From the NCBI RefSeq assembly GCF_020745735.1, contig NC_083404.1, positions 119,907,731 through 119,971,730 of the forward strand: 64,000 nucleotides of DNA. The letters run 5' to 3'. The DNA comes from Hemiscyllium ocellatum (taxonomy: Eukaryota). Below are positions 26,620-39,771 of the stretch, in pieces; the stretch's first letter is position 1; every line of letters begins with the position of its first letter. The position numbers were made by a program, and so were the translations under genes. The notes under the pieces were generated by a model, which was not told the origin of the DNA, ran no database searches, and was given only the letters and a program-made list of their open reading frames with translations.

Positions 26620-27286
26620 ATCTTCCACATCTGACAGAAATATACCCGTATCTCCACAAAAGTCATCTACTATATCCGTGCACACGATGTGGTCTCCTCT
26701 ACATCAGGGAGACAGGACGCCAATTTACAGATCGTTTCAGAGAACATATCTGGAACCCCCAAATCAACCAACCCCACTGCCCTGTGGCTGAACACTTCAA
26801 CTCCCCCTCTCACTCTACCAAGGACATGCAGGTTCTGGGCCTCCTCCATCGCTCAATCCTAACCAGCCGACACCTGGCAGAAGAACTCCTCATCTTTTCC
26901 CTTGGGACCTTGCAAACACATAGGATTAATGTGGATTTCACCAGTTTCCACATCTCCTATCTCCCCACCTTATCCCAGTCCCAAGCCTCCAACTTGACAC
27001 CACACTTTTGACCTGTCCATCGTCTTTCCCATCTATCCGCTCTGCCCTCCTCTCCAACCTATCACCTTCTCCTCCAACTTCACCTATCTATCGTAGTCTC
27101 AGCTACCTTCCCCCCAAACCCACGCCTCTCCCATTTATCTCTCAGCCCCCTGGCTCACTCCTGATAAAGAGCTTATACCTGAAACGGTGATTTCTTTGTT
27201 CCTCGAATGCTGCCTGACCTTCTGTGCTTTTCCAGCACCATACCCTTGACTATGATTTCCAGTACCTGTAGTCCTCACTTTCTCTT
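26620..27286 (+). mobile_element. Penelope-like element 3' fragment (GIY-YIG endonuclease relic plus terminal repeat), family A
   Basis: VIYYI..CGLLYIRETGRQFTDRFREH..PVAEHFNSPSHS..LIFSLGTLQTHRIN is the PLE GIY-YIG C-terminus. Followed by a C-rich UTR and ctgataaagagcttatacctgaaacg. TSD agtttaa at 26613-26619 / 27287-27293. Confidence 0.9.
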
Positions 27287-27637
27287 AGTTTAACTTATGC
27301 CCCAGGATACTAAAATTCAATTGAGTTTAAATTTATTATTTTTGCCAACATCAAACCAATGAGACATCCGACGTGGGGCTATTAAAAAGGCAGGCAGTTT
27401 GAAAGTCAGATACAGTAACTGCCATCGAGAGAGTCACTGCCATTTGAAACATTCTCTATCAAAGGTATCTTTTCATATGAAACATATTCACAGCAAAAGA
27501 AGGAAGATGACCCAGGGAGATCTTCAGCTGGAAAAAGAAAAACACTGATGCTGATATCTGCTGTAAGGTTTTGAAATTAAGTTGATGTAATTTTAATAAG
27601 TGTTTTATTGGAACAGTATATTGTTATAGAGTTTTTT

Positions 27638-27742
27638 TAGATTAGATTAGATTACTTACAGTGTGGAAACAGGCCCTTCAGCCCAACAAGTCCACACCGA
27701 CCCTCTGAAGAACGACCCATCCAGACACATTCCCCTATATTT
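27638..27742 (-). mobile_element. V-SINE 3' tail with (GATTA)n microsatellite
   Basis: tagattagattagattacttacagtgtggaaacaggcccttcagcccaacaagtccacaccgacc is the reverse complement of the 41400-41465 tail. Confidence 0.85.
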
Positions 27743-28894
27743 GGAGCAGATAATAAGCAGTTAAGAGAAAGGAAGACTTAGAATTGTGAATAATTGTTTA
27801 ATGTTCACTTTTAGAGTTAAGGAATAAATCAATATTATTTTCTTTAAATAGTGGAATTTGGGAGTTCTATGTCACTCATATTTTAACAAATTATGAGGCA
27901 TGGTGAGCTTTTCTGGGTGTTTGGTTTAATTAACAGAAGGATTCACTGCTGTGTTGGAACACTGTCCCCATTCCTGGACCACCAATTTTCACCAGTGTAG
28001 TGGACATAATGCTGAGCTTCAGAGATCACTTGAATTATCACTGAAAGAGCCTTTCTCTTTCTGCAGAAGAGATTAACCTTCCAATGAAAGTCCTCCTTAT
28101 TTGCATATGCTTTCTCATTTCAACCTGGCATCAAGTTCTATGAAATATTAAGCTTTCAAAAGTACTTTCAGTGTTTTTCAGCTGCACATCTGAGAGTAAT
28201 CATCAATTTTATAGCAACAATTAATTCTTGTAACATACTCCTTTCAGCTCTTGAGCTTAGATATTCATTCATATAGTACCCAGACAGATTTCAGAGAATT
28301 GAAAACAGTCTTATATGACAAGTTGAGAGGATGAAGTCTAAATATTTAAAACATTCATTCCTAAAATTATATCATTTTATATTTTATCAGGAATAAATAA
28401 GTTGCTGCCTTGACTTAGTTAAATTTATGCAGGTAGATTAATTAATAAGCAGCTGTGGTACCCTGTAGCCCAATTTAAAATGTGTCATTAGTCTGATTTC
28501 TGCCATCCTTATTACTTTCAGGATTAAAAGTTAATACTTTATAATTAATCAATGTCCTCAGTAATCAACCTGTTTTCTACAGTTAGAACTCAACCACGAG
28601 CAGCTAACAGACAGACTGTTGTGCATAAAAGACAGGTTCTTAACAGCAATTTCATAAAAGTCTTAAAAAAAAACGGTCATTGATAACTTGGAGTTAGGGG
28701 CGTAGTGGGTCGGCCTTCAAATGAACCTTTGAAGGTCTATGCTAATTTGTATTGAACATCATTAACACCTAATGCTTAAAAGATCGACATATCAATATTC
28801 ATGGTAACTGTGTTAACTGTAGAACAACACTGAATTCTAATGCTTTAATTCCTAACGTCACTCAAATAAACGATTTCAGTGAGGAAACGTAATT

Positions 28895-29450
28895 TTAAAA
28901 AATTAATTCATGGGACGTGGATGTCACTGATAGAACCAACAATTATTGCTCTTCTCCAATTGTCCTTGAATGAGTGGTTTGCTGGACCATTTCAGGGGGC
29001 AGTTCAGAGTCAACCATATTGCTACCATATTCTCTTAAAAGTACAGTACAAGCATTCAACTTCAACCATGGGGTCTGATGTCATATCTAGACCAGTTAAG
29101 GAGGACAGATTCTCCTTGCTCAAAGACATTTGAGAATCAGATTGTGTTTTTTATTCTGGGAAGAAACAATGGTTCCATGATTGATATTAACGATGTGGAG
29201 GAGCCGATATTGGACTGGGGTGAACAAAGTTAAAAATCACATAACACCAGGCTAGAGTCCAACAGCTTTATTTTGGAGTGCTGCTCCTTCATCAGATAGC
29301 TGTGAGTGTGACTGATATTAGACTAGGTTTTGATTACTGATTTATTTTATTGATTTCACATTTTACCAGCTGCCGTGATGCAATTCAAATTCATCCCTGG
29401 AATATTAGACTGCAAATCTGGTTGACTAGTCTGGTGATATTATCACTATG
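28895..29450 (-). mobile_element. SINE-B copy interrupted by a PLE family C fragment
   Basis: attcatgggacgtggatgtcactg..cagttcagagtcaaccatattgct..agaccagttaagga..ccagctgccgtg. Confidence 0.7.
29190..29312 (-). mobile_element. PLE family C terminal repeat
   Basis: Homologous to 50408-50534 (ttggactggggtg.acaaagttaaaaatcac..gctccttcatcag). TSD tgatatta at 29182-29189 / 29313-29320. Confidence 0.8.
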
Positions 29451-30684
29451 TCACAACTACTCTTCCTTAGCAACAAGTACATTTTTTGTAACTTATTTTG
29501 AATTGTGGCAGTAGGAATGTATCTAACAGAAATGAGAACATGAGCTTTTAAAACCATAGAGATATCCCTGTTTGCATTTTTATTGGTAAGAATTTCCATT
29601 AGCTCTGCTACCATTACATTTACCAAAAACCTGTCTCCGACAGACAGCAACTCAAAAAGTGCCAGAGCATATTTTACAAATTAACATTGAGCAATATCCT
29701 TAAAGAGTTAAATGGGCACCACCAAGTATGAGACAAGCAGGATGAGGAAAATAAGTAATCACAACGCAGCAGTAATGTGCAAAAGGACAGATAAAGGGGC
29801 TGCATTTGTATGATCTGCCTAGTCAGAATGGCAATCATTGATTTTGCAATACACCCTTCAATCAAGCTACGCAAACATTCTGTTGTGAGTGACTAGGATT
29901 GATTTTTCACATATAATTTCTATTATGTAACTGTCCTTTGCTTAGTGCATTTTTATATATACCTGTTCATCTTCAATAACTCAGTGTTATTGTTGAGATA
30001 CTTCATTATCTCTGCATATTCTATCAAACACATTACAACATTGCTCACTGTGTCCAATAACAATAGGATCTTATGACAGCAGTCAACAAATGTGCTTGCT
30101 GCCAGTGTTCGCTGAGGAAATGCCACACTTCTGACTTGGATAGGAAATGAAACAATGTAGTTCTGCTGTTTATCTCAATGAAACATGTAGAAAGCATGAT
30201 AATATACCTTACTGTTACATAGAACCATAAAGTCATACAGTACAGTAGGAGGCCATTTGGTCCATCATGCCACTCACTAGCTCTTTGGTCAAGCAACCTA
30301 ATTCATTCCATTCCCTTGATTTTTCAAAGCATTTTATTTTTCATGTACAATTATTCATTCAATCTTTTTTTTTGATTGCTACATCCTTGTAGGACAAGCA
30401 TTCCAGATCAAAATATTCTACGACATAAAAGTAAAGATTCTTTATTTCAAGTTTGTATTTTCTTGTTCTGCACTGGGCTGCCACTAAAAATAATTTCCCC
30501 ATATTTAATTTAACAAAATTGATGAGTTTGATCGGGGTATTTTCTCAGATGACCATTGCTTGTACCTTCTAGTGTTTGCCATCTCCACCAGAATGTGGAC
30601 CTTGATAAGAGTTATTACAGATAGTTTGCTGCCACTAATCTTCACTGTTCTTGATCTTATCCAATCATTAGTGTCAGAGGATAC

Positions 30685-31530
30685 ACCATAGAGTTATGGA
30701 GCCATACAACATGGAAACATACCCTTCAGTCCAACTAATCCACACTGACCATAATCCCAAATAAAACTCATCCCACCTGCCTGCACTTGGCTCTTCTCCT
30801 TCTAAACATTTCTTATTCATGTACTTATCCAAATGTCTTTTAAATGTCGTAACTGTACCCATATCTTCCATTTCCCGTGAAAGTTCATTTGACACATGAA
30901 CCACTCTCTGTGTAAAAAGATTGCCCCTTATGTCTTTTTAAAATCTTTCTCCTCTCACCTTAAAAATGTGCCACCTGGTCTTGAAATCCTCCACTCCAGG
31001 GAAAAGACATCTGCCATTCACCTTATCAATACCCCTCATGATTTAATAAACCTCTATAAGGTCACCCCTCAACCTCCGACGTTCCAGGGAAAAAATGTCA
31101 CAGTCTCTCCCCATAACTCAAGTCCTCTCTTTCCTGCAACATCCTGGCAAATCTCTTTTGAATACTCAAGCTTAATAACACACTTGCTATAACAAGATGC
31201 TCAGAACTGGATACAGTACTCCAGAAGAGACTTCACCAAAATCCTGGACAACCTAAAAATAAACGTTTCTATTCAAAGGTCTGAGTAATAAAGGCAAGTG
31301 TGCTCAACGCCTTCTTAGCCACCTCTTCTACATATGATGCAAATTTCAAAGAATTATGTGCCAAAACCCCTTGGTCTCTCTGTCCTACAACACTACTTTT
31401 AATTGTATAAGTCATGCCCTTGTTTGTTTTACCAAAATGTAATACCAAATTTATCCAAATTAAGCTTCATCTGCCACTCTTCAGCCCATTGACCCAATTG
31501 CTCAAGATCTCCTTTTAATCCTGGATAACA
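30685..31530 (-). mobile_element. CR1 LINE 3' fragment
   Basis: Antisense of LEYCIQF, RGDLIEVY*IMR and TTFKRHLDKYMNKK, with CR1 tail. Confidence 0.85.
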
Positions 31531-32655
31531 TCAGATACACCTGCAACTTCAGGAAGCTAGAGTAGACCTCCCTGTCTCCACGTATAGACTGTGAGTGACA
31601 TCAGTAGAATGGGTGGAGCCAATGTGATCATTAACTCCTTTCAGAACTATTATGAAAAAATTGAATAATTTAATTAAATATCCTACCAACCTCGTCTACT
31701 CTGAAAATAATTTCTGCTTGATCAGCCTGTCCATATAATTATGGACCCTCAATCCTTGTACCATCCAAATAAATCTCCTCTATTCTTTCACAAGGCCTCA
31801 ACTTTCTTCTTGAAGTATGGACCCAGAGTTGAACACAAAGTTCCTTCTCAGTGTAGAAGTAGTAAGAACTTGGCATACTGCTGCATGATGGTATACCTGA
31901 TCAAGGTAAAAGGTATCTTGGCTCTCAGTCTCTTGCTTTAGTAGAAAAAAACTGCTCGAGATAAAGATTGAGGTTGTGTAAATACAATTTGATGAAATAT
32001 AGGGAGTGTATCATACACTCATTATTGGGGATGCTTCTTGAGCTGTTAGTTTCTCTGTTCTTGAGCAACATCAAAGAACAAAGGCAATAGCTGTACTGTG
32101 CTTATGATTATCTTGAATTATTGTAAAGTGTGGAATGCATTATATAGGTATAGGCTGACTGTTCAGCTGTGGAGAATGTTGAGACGTTGATGACTGTGGC
32201 AGCCTCTCCATGATGTCACAAAAAAAAGCTTCTTGAAACAAAACTTGAAGTCACAGACTCAGGATTAGTTATTGTTCTAGAAATATTCAGCATTACTTCC
32301 TTTCGATCTAACCTGTCTCTATAACTAGTGACAAAGGTCCTGTACGATATCTAAAACAGGATTCTCAATTTATTCAACAACGTGCAAATTTTTCTTTTGT
32401 TGTGCACTTGGGTGTCTCTGTTCCCGTAAATTGTTGTACTTGGTTTGCATTATCTCATTCTTCCTATCAAAATAAATCACTTCACACTTTTCTGCATTAA
32501 ATTTCAGCCGCCATATATCTGCTTGTTTCTCCAGCTTGTCTAACTTTCCTGAAACATATTATTTTACTCCTAACTGTTCATTAAATTTTCACATTTTGTG
32601 TTATTTGCAAATTTCAAAGTTATGCTCTATATACCCAAGTCATGGTCATTAACAC

Positions 32656-34115
32656 TGTCATGAAGATGGATTAGAACCCTGAAGTACCACAAACAATATT
32701 AACTTTTAACTCCAAAATGTATTTTTTCTTTTAAAAAACCTGCCACAGCCAAAATATCACTGCAGATGTAAATGTAGTCACTCTCTGGCAAAGTCCTGTG
32801 TGAGACCCATAGAAAGTAACATTTATAGATTGTCAGGGGAACTCCAAAGTGAGAGAGAAAACTAACAGAAAGAGATAATGACACCTTCCTCTCAGCAGAA
32901 AATGACATCTCGCAGAATATGTGTACTTTAGCCTTTCAAGAATACAGAAGAAAAGAGTTAAAAGCAGAATGCTATATTAGTTTATGAATGTCAGTGACCT
33001 GATGTCCTAGTGTGTGGACTAGTGTGCTCTGAGGTTCACAAGTCTGAGAACAGCCATTTAGGTACCCCTGCACTGCAAGAAAAAAACTACACATCTTTGA
33101 ATGCTAAGGCACTGCTGAAAGGATTCAGGACAAAAAAAATCTACAAAGTCAAGAATCTCCAACAAAATTGTTTAATTGTCAACATCTACACTATCAGTAG
33201 CATCCACTGCAATGCCTGTAACATTTACTTATTCACTATTCATGATCAGTTCAGAGATTGATTTTTTTTAACCTTTAGCCTTTTAGTCAATACCTCTTAC
33301 TTACAATTTGTTTGTATGTGTATCGAATTCTTAATTTATCCTCACCTTTTTTCAATAAACTCACCCTTCTAGTTAATTCAAAAAAGCCTGGTTGAATTGA
33401 CTCCTTTAAAAACATAATTGTTACTGAGTCTAAGAGGGATGTAGCACAAAGGAAAACAGCTGAACAAACAAGCTTTTGTTTTATTGTGAGGCCAGTCCTG
33501 GAGGCTAATTGCAGGCTGATTCTTAATTAACAGTGTTCTAATGGACACAGCAACACTGGGAAGAGCAGTTTAAATAGTCAGCAAAATTGGGCAATAATGA
33601 TGTGAATAAGCAGGAAATGGTTCCAGCAAGTCTGAAAGAAACCCGATGTTGAAGCAGATGGGAGCTGCTGAGTGGCAATTGAGTCCTTGGGAAGAGATGA
33701 TCCATCTATTGGGATACAATCAGAATTGACATTTTTGGGATATGACTTCTTTGGAGATGAGAGCTTGTCTGCTTACAACACAACATAAAGATTTGAAGCT
33801 GTCCTGCCTAAGCTCTCAAACGAACATACAGAAGCCCAAATAGTAGAAAGCTGATTTAAAACCACTAGGACTGATACCTGAATAAACTGAGAAGGTGACC
33901 TTAATCAATAGTCCCTGATAAGCAACCAAGGAGTCCATATTTATGTCTATGTAACAATATAGTGTGAAAACCACTTCAGTAATCTAGCCAGTTTTTGTTA
34001 TTTTCTTTTATTTATCCCTTACCTATGCTGTCATAATAAATGGAGCACATAAAAACAATTTTAAGCAAGTTAATTCTTATTTTGAAAGCTGCTGTCAAAT
34101 GATTGTGTCATGACA
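32656..34115. mobile_element. Possible LTR-like element(s)
   Basis: Termini TGTCATGA..TCATGACA form an inverted pair, with internal aataaa at ~33354 and ~34036. No TSD seen; may be two elements. Confidence 0.3.
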
Positions 34116-34231
34116 TGGAGACAGACAGCTGAGCCAAATCAGCCTGTTGCTTGTTTGTCTGGAATTAATTGTTCACAAAATCTAGCATTGGTTATTCAAA
34201 AATCTGTTTGGAATAGAGAAAAAAGAATCTT

Positions 34232-34540
34232 GACAGTGTGGAATCAGGCCATTCAGCCCATTGAGTCCACATTGACCATCCAAAGGGGATCCCACCCAAA
34301 TCCACCCACTGCCCGTAACCCTGCATTTCCCATGGCTAATCCACCTAAAAACTATGAGAAATTTTTCATGGCCAATCCACCTCACCTGCACATCTTTGAA
34401 TTGTGGGAGCAAAGCAGTGCACCCAGAAAAAAACCCATGCAGACACGGGGAGAAAGTACAAACTCCGCACAGATGGTGGAATTAAACACAGGTCCCTGGT
34501 GCTGTGAGGGAACAGTACTAACCACTGAGCCACCATGCAG
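34232..34540 (-). mobile_element. V-SINE (HE1-like)
   Basis: acagtgtggaatcaggcc..cacctgcacatctttgaattgtgggag..ctaaccactgagccaccatgc. Confidence 0.85.
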
Positions 34541-34889
34541 TCCCAATGATTAAGAATCATTGGTGCAATTATTAGGAGTCTTCAATGTTTTTATATTACT
34601 GTTTTGCAAATAAAGATGTAGAAAGGCTGATTGGCTTAGCCAACTGTTGTGATTCCATAACACAATAATTTGCCAGTAGCTTTAAAAATGCAAATTATCA
34701 TATAAATTGTTTTTATATGCTCCATTAATTATGACAGAAATTTTCCAACCTAGACAAAATTGGTATTTGTTCCATTCACCAATTCTGTTGACCACTCTGC
34801 TGTTTGAAACTATGATCCAGTTCTGTATACATAACTTGTGTGCAGCTCTGTCAAACCTGCTGGAGAAATAATCAAGTTGTACTTTGTGT

Positions 34890-35745
34890 TCCATATTACT
34901 GATGATTATGTCTGCAGGAAGTGTCTTTGGTTGTGAATCCTAACGGATTGTATGGATCAGTTGGAGTGGCAGTTAGAGGCAATGAAAAACCTACAGGAGG
35001 TGGGGGGGGGAGGTAATGTATGGTAGTTTCAGCAATGGAGAAAAACTAATGATACAGTCAGGTAGATGAGTTACCTCCAAGAAAGAGAGGCAGATAGTGT
35101 AGCAGTCTCCTGTAGTTGTCCCCATCTCAAACAAGCATGTTGTTTTGGAAAATATAGGAGGTAATGGACTATCAGGGGCATGTAGCACTGTTTGCCAGGT
35201 TTCTGATACCAAGACTGGTTCTAACATAACAAGGAGTATATCAGGTTCGAAGCAATCACTTGTCATATTGAACTCTCTAGTCAGAGGCACAGATGGACAT
35301 TTTTGCGACTGGCAGTGAGAATTCAGAATGGTGTGGTGTCAGGATCAATGGTATCTCAGAGAGAGTGCGGAATATTCTCAAAGGAGAGAGAGACCAGCAG
35401 GAGGTCGTTGTACACACTGGAGCTAATGGCATAGGAATGGAAAAGGATGAGATTCTGTGGAGAGAATGTTGGAAGTCAGGCAGGCATTTAAAAAGGAGTT
35501 CCTCGAGTATAGTAATTTTTGGATTACTTGTGCCACAAGTTAGTGAGGGTGGGAATAGGAGAACAGAGCAGATGAATGTGTGGCTGAGGCACAGATGCAG
35601 GGAAGAAGGATTCACAGTTTTGGATCACTGGAATCTCTTTTAGGGTAGATGTGACCTGTAAAGGAAGGATGTATTGTACCTGCATTGGAGTGGGACTAAT
35701 ATACTGGTGTGGAGATTTGCTAGAGCTGCTTGGGAGGAGCTTGGT
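34890..35745 (+). pseudogene. CR1 ORF1 relic (zinc finger/leucine zipper plus SGNH esterase-like domain)
   Basis: DDYVCRKC..LEWQLEAM and GVRINGISERVRNILKGE..EVVVHTGANGIG..MNVWLRHRCREEGFTVLDHW; contains stops and frameshifts. Confidence 0.8.
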
Positions 35746-35909
35746 GGTGGTGGTGGGGGGGGTGGGTGGGGGGGGGGTGGAGCTGGGGGAGATGAGATCC
35801 AGCGAAAGAGAGAGGAAAGCGATTAGTCAGAGAGTGTTACCATTGGGAAAATAAGCAAGCCAACCAGTTAGGGCAGTTACGAACAAAACAATGAATGAAG
35901 CAGGACTGA

Positions 35910-37530
35910 CAAATTAAACTGCAATTATTTCAATGCAAGAGGCCTAATAGGTAAGGCATATGAACTCAGGGCATGGTTGGGAACATGGGACTGGGATATC
36001 ATTGCAATTACGGAGACATGGCTCAGAAATGGACAGCACTGGCAGTTTAATGTTCCAAGGTATAGATGTCAAAGGAAGGATAGACAAGGAGGCCAGAGAG
36101 GAGAGGAGTGATGTTTTTGATTAGGGATAACATTACAGCTGTATTTAGGGAGTATATTCCTGGGAATACTTCCAAGGAAGTTATTTGAGTGGAACTGAGA
36201 AATAAGAAAGGGATAGTCACTTTATTAGGATTGAGCGATAGACCCCTGAATGGTCAGCAGGAAATTGAGAAACAAATTTGTAAGGAGATCTCAGTTATCT
36301 GTAAAAATAGTTGGGTGGCAGTGATAGGCGATATTAACTTTCCAAAGATCAACTGGGATTGTCCGACATCAGTGGTGAGCAGGTTGTTGAAGAGAACCCT
36401 GAGGGATATGATTTACATGCGTTTGGAAAGACATGGACTAATTAGGGATAGCCAACATAGCCTGGTGCATGGTAGTTTGTGTCTCACTTAGTTAATTGAG
36501 TTTTTTTTAAAGTAACAAAGAAGATTGATGAGGGTAGAGTGGTGTACATGATCTATATGGACTTCTGTAAGACATTGGACAAGGTTCTTCATCGTAGACT
36601 AGTTAGCAATGTTAGACCACATGGAATAGGGAGAACTAGCCATTTCGATATAGAACTGGCTCAAAGGTAGAAGACAAAAGGTGGTGCTGGAGAGTAGCTT
36701 TTTGGAGTGGAGGCCTGTGACCAGTGGTGTGCCACAAGCATCAGTGCTGGGTCCACTACCTTTCTTCATTTATGTAAGTGAAATGGATGTGAACATAGGA
36801 CATATGGTTTGTAAGTTTGCAGATGACACCAAAATTAGAGGTGTAGTGGACAGTGAAGAACATTACCTCAGATCTTCATCAGATGGTCCAATGGGCCAAG
36901 GAGTGGTAGACTGAGTTTAATTTAGAAAAATGTGAGGTGCTGCATTTCAGAGAGGCGAATCAGGACATGACTTATACACTTAATGGTAAGGTCCTAGGAA
37001 GTGTTGTTGAACAAAGAGACCTGGGAATGCAGGTTCATAGTTCCTTGAAGAAGGCATTAGTATGCTTTCCTTTAATGGTCAGTGCATTGAGTATAGGAAT
37101 TGGGAAGTCAGTGGTGCAGGACATTGGTTTGGCCACTTTTGGAATATTGCATGCAACTCTAATCTCCCTGTTATTTACAAGAATGTTGCCACGGTTGGAG
37201 GACTTGAGCTATAGGGAGAAGCTAGATAGGCTGGGACTATTTTCCCTGGTGCATCGGAGGCTGAGGAGTGACCTTGTAGAAGTTTCTAAAATCATGAGGG
37301 ACTTGATTAGATGAAATAAACTAGGTCATTTCCCTGGGTTGGGGGAAATACAAAACTAGACGTCATAGGTTTAGGGTGAAAGGGAAAAATATTAAAAGGG
37401 ATCAAAGGGGCACTTTTTCACAAAGAGGGTGGTGTGTATATGGAATGAGCTGCCAGAGGAAGTGGTGGAGGCTGGTACAATTGCAACATTTTAGAGACAT
37501 TTGGATGAGTATCTGGATGAATAGGAAGGG
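35910..37530 (+). pseudogene. CR1 ORF2 relic (APE endonuclease plus reverse transcriptase)
   Basis: YFNARGLIGK..DIIAITETWL, GDINFPKINW, IRDSQH and VTSGVPQASVLGP..KFADDTKI; multiple stops. Confidence 0.9.
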
Positions 37531-38844
37531 TTTGGAGGCATTTGTGTCAAATGCTGGCAAATGGGACTAGATTTATTGACAATATCTTGTCGTCATGGAC
37601 AACTTGGACTGAAGTGTCTGTTTCTGAACAATAGATCTCTATGACCATCCTTGTTGTTGCATTTTGCTGGAGGAAGCATGTTGTTTTACAGGAAGAATTT
37701 GCTGTAATTTGGTTTGACTACTGTATCACTAATTTGTAGGAACTGTTATACTCTGCAGACTATCCTATAATTTCCAAAAAATTAATTGAATAAACATATC
37801 TCAAAAATAATTGGCAAGCTTTGAATTTCAAACTCATTATTAAGGTGCCACAAGAATACTTGAAGACAGATTGTGTCATGGTGAGAAAACGTTTGAAAAT
37901 CAGACTATTGTAGAGAGTTATGATTGGAGTATTTTGCTCTCCTGCTTCAATTTCTGTTTCGTTTTGCATTCTTTCTTAAACCGAAAGTGCTGCTGCTGGA
38001 ATCATGAATGAAAAGAAAATAATGTATAGATGAGAGCCAAAAACATCAGATAGCTTTGAATCTAAATCTTTTCATCAAACCCTAGTAGGAGATTGACTTA
38101 GAGCTGAATTATCAGATATCATTGATGCTTAATCATTTCATGGTTAATTGTAGCATTACTACTCAGAACAATTCAGCATCTTAATAACCTAACTGTTCCT
38201 TCTAGCCTCTAATGCACTCTCATTATTTATATAAAAAAAATTGAAGGACAAAGAAAAATAATTTTAATGTTAATTATTATTCCTTGCAACAGTTGTTTAA
38301 AAGGTGACTGATAACAGTACCTTTTCTATGAATATTAATCAATGTGTGAAACTAATCAAGGGTGGGCAGCTTTGCTGAAAGACAGGAAAAGGACCAGGTC
38401 TTTCAATCAAGGATGTCCTCCTTTATTATTTTGACTTATCAATATTGTTTTTGGAAGATATTTAAAGAAACATTTTACAGGCTGTCCATGTTTCTCAATT
38501 AAAATAGATAATCAGACATCTATGTTAATTATAGGTGACATGAAATGATGCTGAGCATGAAAAGGTCACTCAACCATTGCGTTTAGTACATGTCATGAAG
38601 TTGATTACTGCTATTAAACCCTGCATAATATTTTCACCATTTTGTTGATGTATTTGCTGTCAGATTTTCATACTGTACAAGAGCCAATTGTGTTTCAACT
38701 GAGTAAATTATTGCAGTATATTGGATATGATTTTCAATGCTGCAAACCACTACCAGAATTTGGTCTACAGCTTGAAAATGTTGCAAAATCAAGCAAGGAG
38801 TCTTATTATATGCTGTCAATAATGATTCTGTAAAACCTCTTTCA

Positions 38845-39050
38845 GCACTGAGTGAGAAAGTTACAGATTCAAACATCGGTCCAAGGACATGAGCAGAGCA
38901 TTTAGGCTGACTCTGATGGAGTGCACAGGGAGCACCGAGCAGTTGAAGTTGCAACTTCAAAAGCAAGGTTCCATCTGCCCTTCATTTATGCATAAAATAT
39001 CCCATGGCACTACCTTAATGAGGAGCAAATGAGTCCCTCTACAATTCCAT
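38845..39050 (+). mobile_element. Decayed DeuSINE (SacSINE1/AmnSINE1-like) relic
   Basis: taggctgac..ccatctgccct..taaaatatcccatggcact..gagca resembles the Deu domain, preceded by a tRNA-like head remnant. Confidence 0.55.
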
Positions 39051-39771
39051 CAAATTAACAAATAGAATTTTTAAAAATAATATTGAAACCAAAACCCAAG
39101 AAGTTACTTTTTAAATACATAAACACAGTGATGATGACAGCCTTTATACCCTGGGGTGAGTTGGCTGAACCAAGCCATGACAACAACAATTCAGGCCAAC
39201 AGGACATGTTAGCCAAAAAATACCCATTTCTTGGGCAGTATTCTGCCACTCTCACTGAAAAATCAGCTGTTGGATAACAAGACAAGCATTTTTGATGGAA
39301 AAGTTCTCCAACAGTAGAAACACTTTCTGAGACCTTCAGATCTCACTTGTGAGGAAAGTCATTTGGGTGTAACAGCAGATGGGCACTAATGTTTGATGAA
39401 GAATGTTGATTTTTGCACAGGTTGAACTGTATGCTGTAAATACAGTATTCCTCAATCAAGAAATGCTCCAGTAAAGCTGGCAGTGAGGAGAGCAAAAGAA
39501 AATAGCAAATGCTGAGGGTTAGAACTGATAATATAACGTGTGCAGCAAAGCAGTGAACACCTGAAAGAGAAAATAAAGGTTGGTATTATTGTTTAAGTTT
39601 AATCACACCCAAAAATTAATCTGTGGTCTGCAGTTTGCAATCACCAGTGAATTGTCTGCATTCTTTGCTGATCTAACTGAAACTATCCATGGTGATGTAT
39701 CAATCTCTATGGCATGGATATCCCTATTTCTTCAATTGGTTTGAATCTTGTGCCAAGTTGAAGTGACCATC

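Larger units (their letters stand above)
26415..27961 (+). mobile_element. LTR-like element hosting a PLE fragment and a SINE tail
   Basis: Begins ~taatatgaag..tgtacctttaagaga and ends ..gtgttggaaca, with aataaa at ~27823. Contiguous across the PLE insertion via its TSD. No TSD found for this element itself. Confidence 0.4.
34890..37645 (+). mobile_element. Near full-length but decayed, internally deleted CR1 LINE
   Basis: ORF1 remnants, then APE and RT remnants, then a CR1 3' tail ending ctctatgac. Confidence 0.9.

Noticed and set aside
38943-38960. Perfect 18-bp palindrome ttgaagttgcaacttcaa
   Set aside because: About 64000/4^9 = 0.24 expected by chance (more in AT-rich DNA), and it lies in a decayed SINE.
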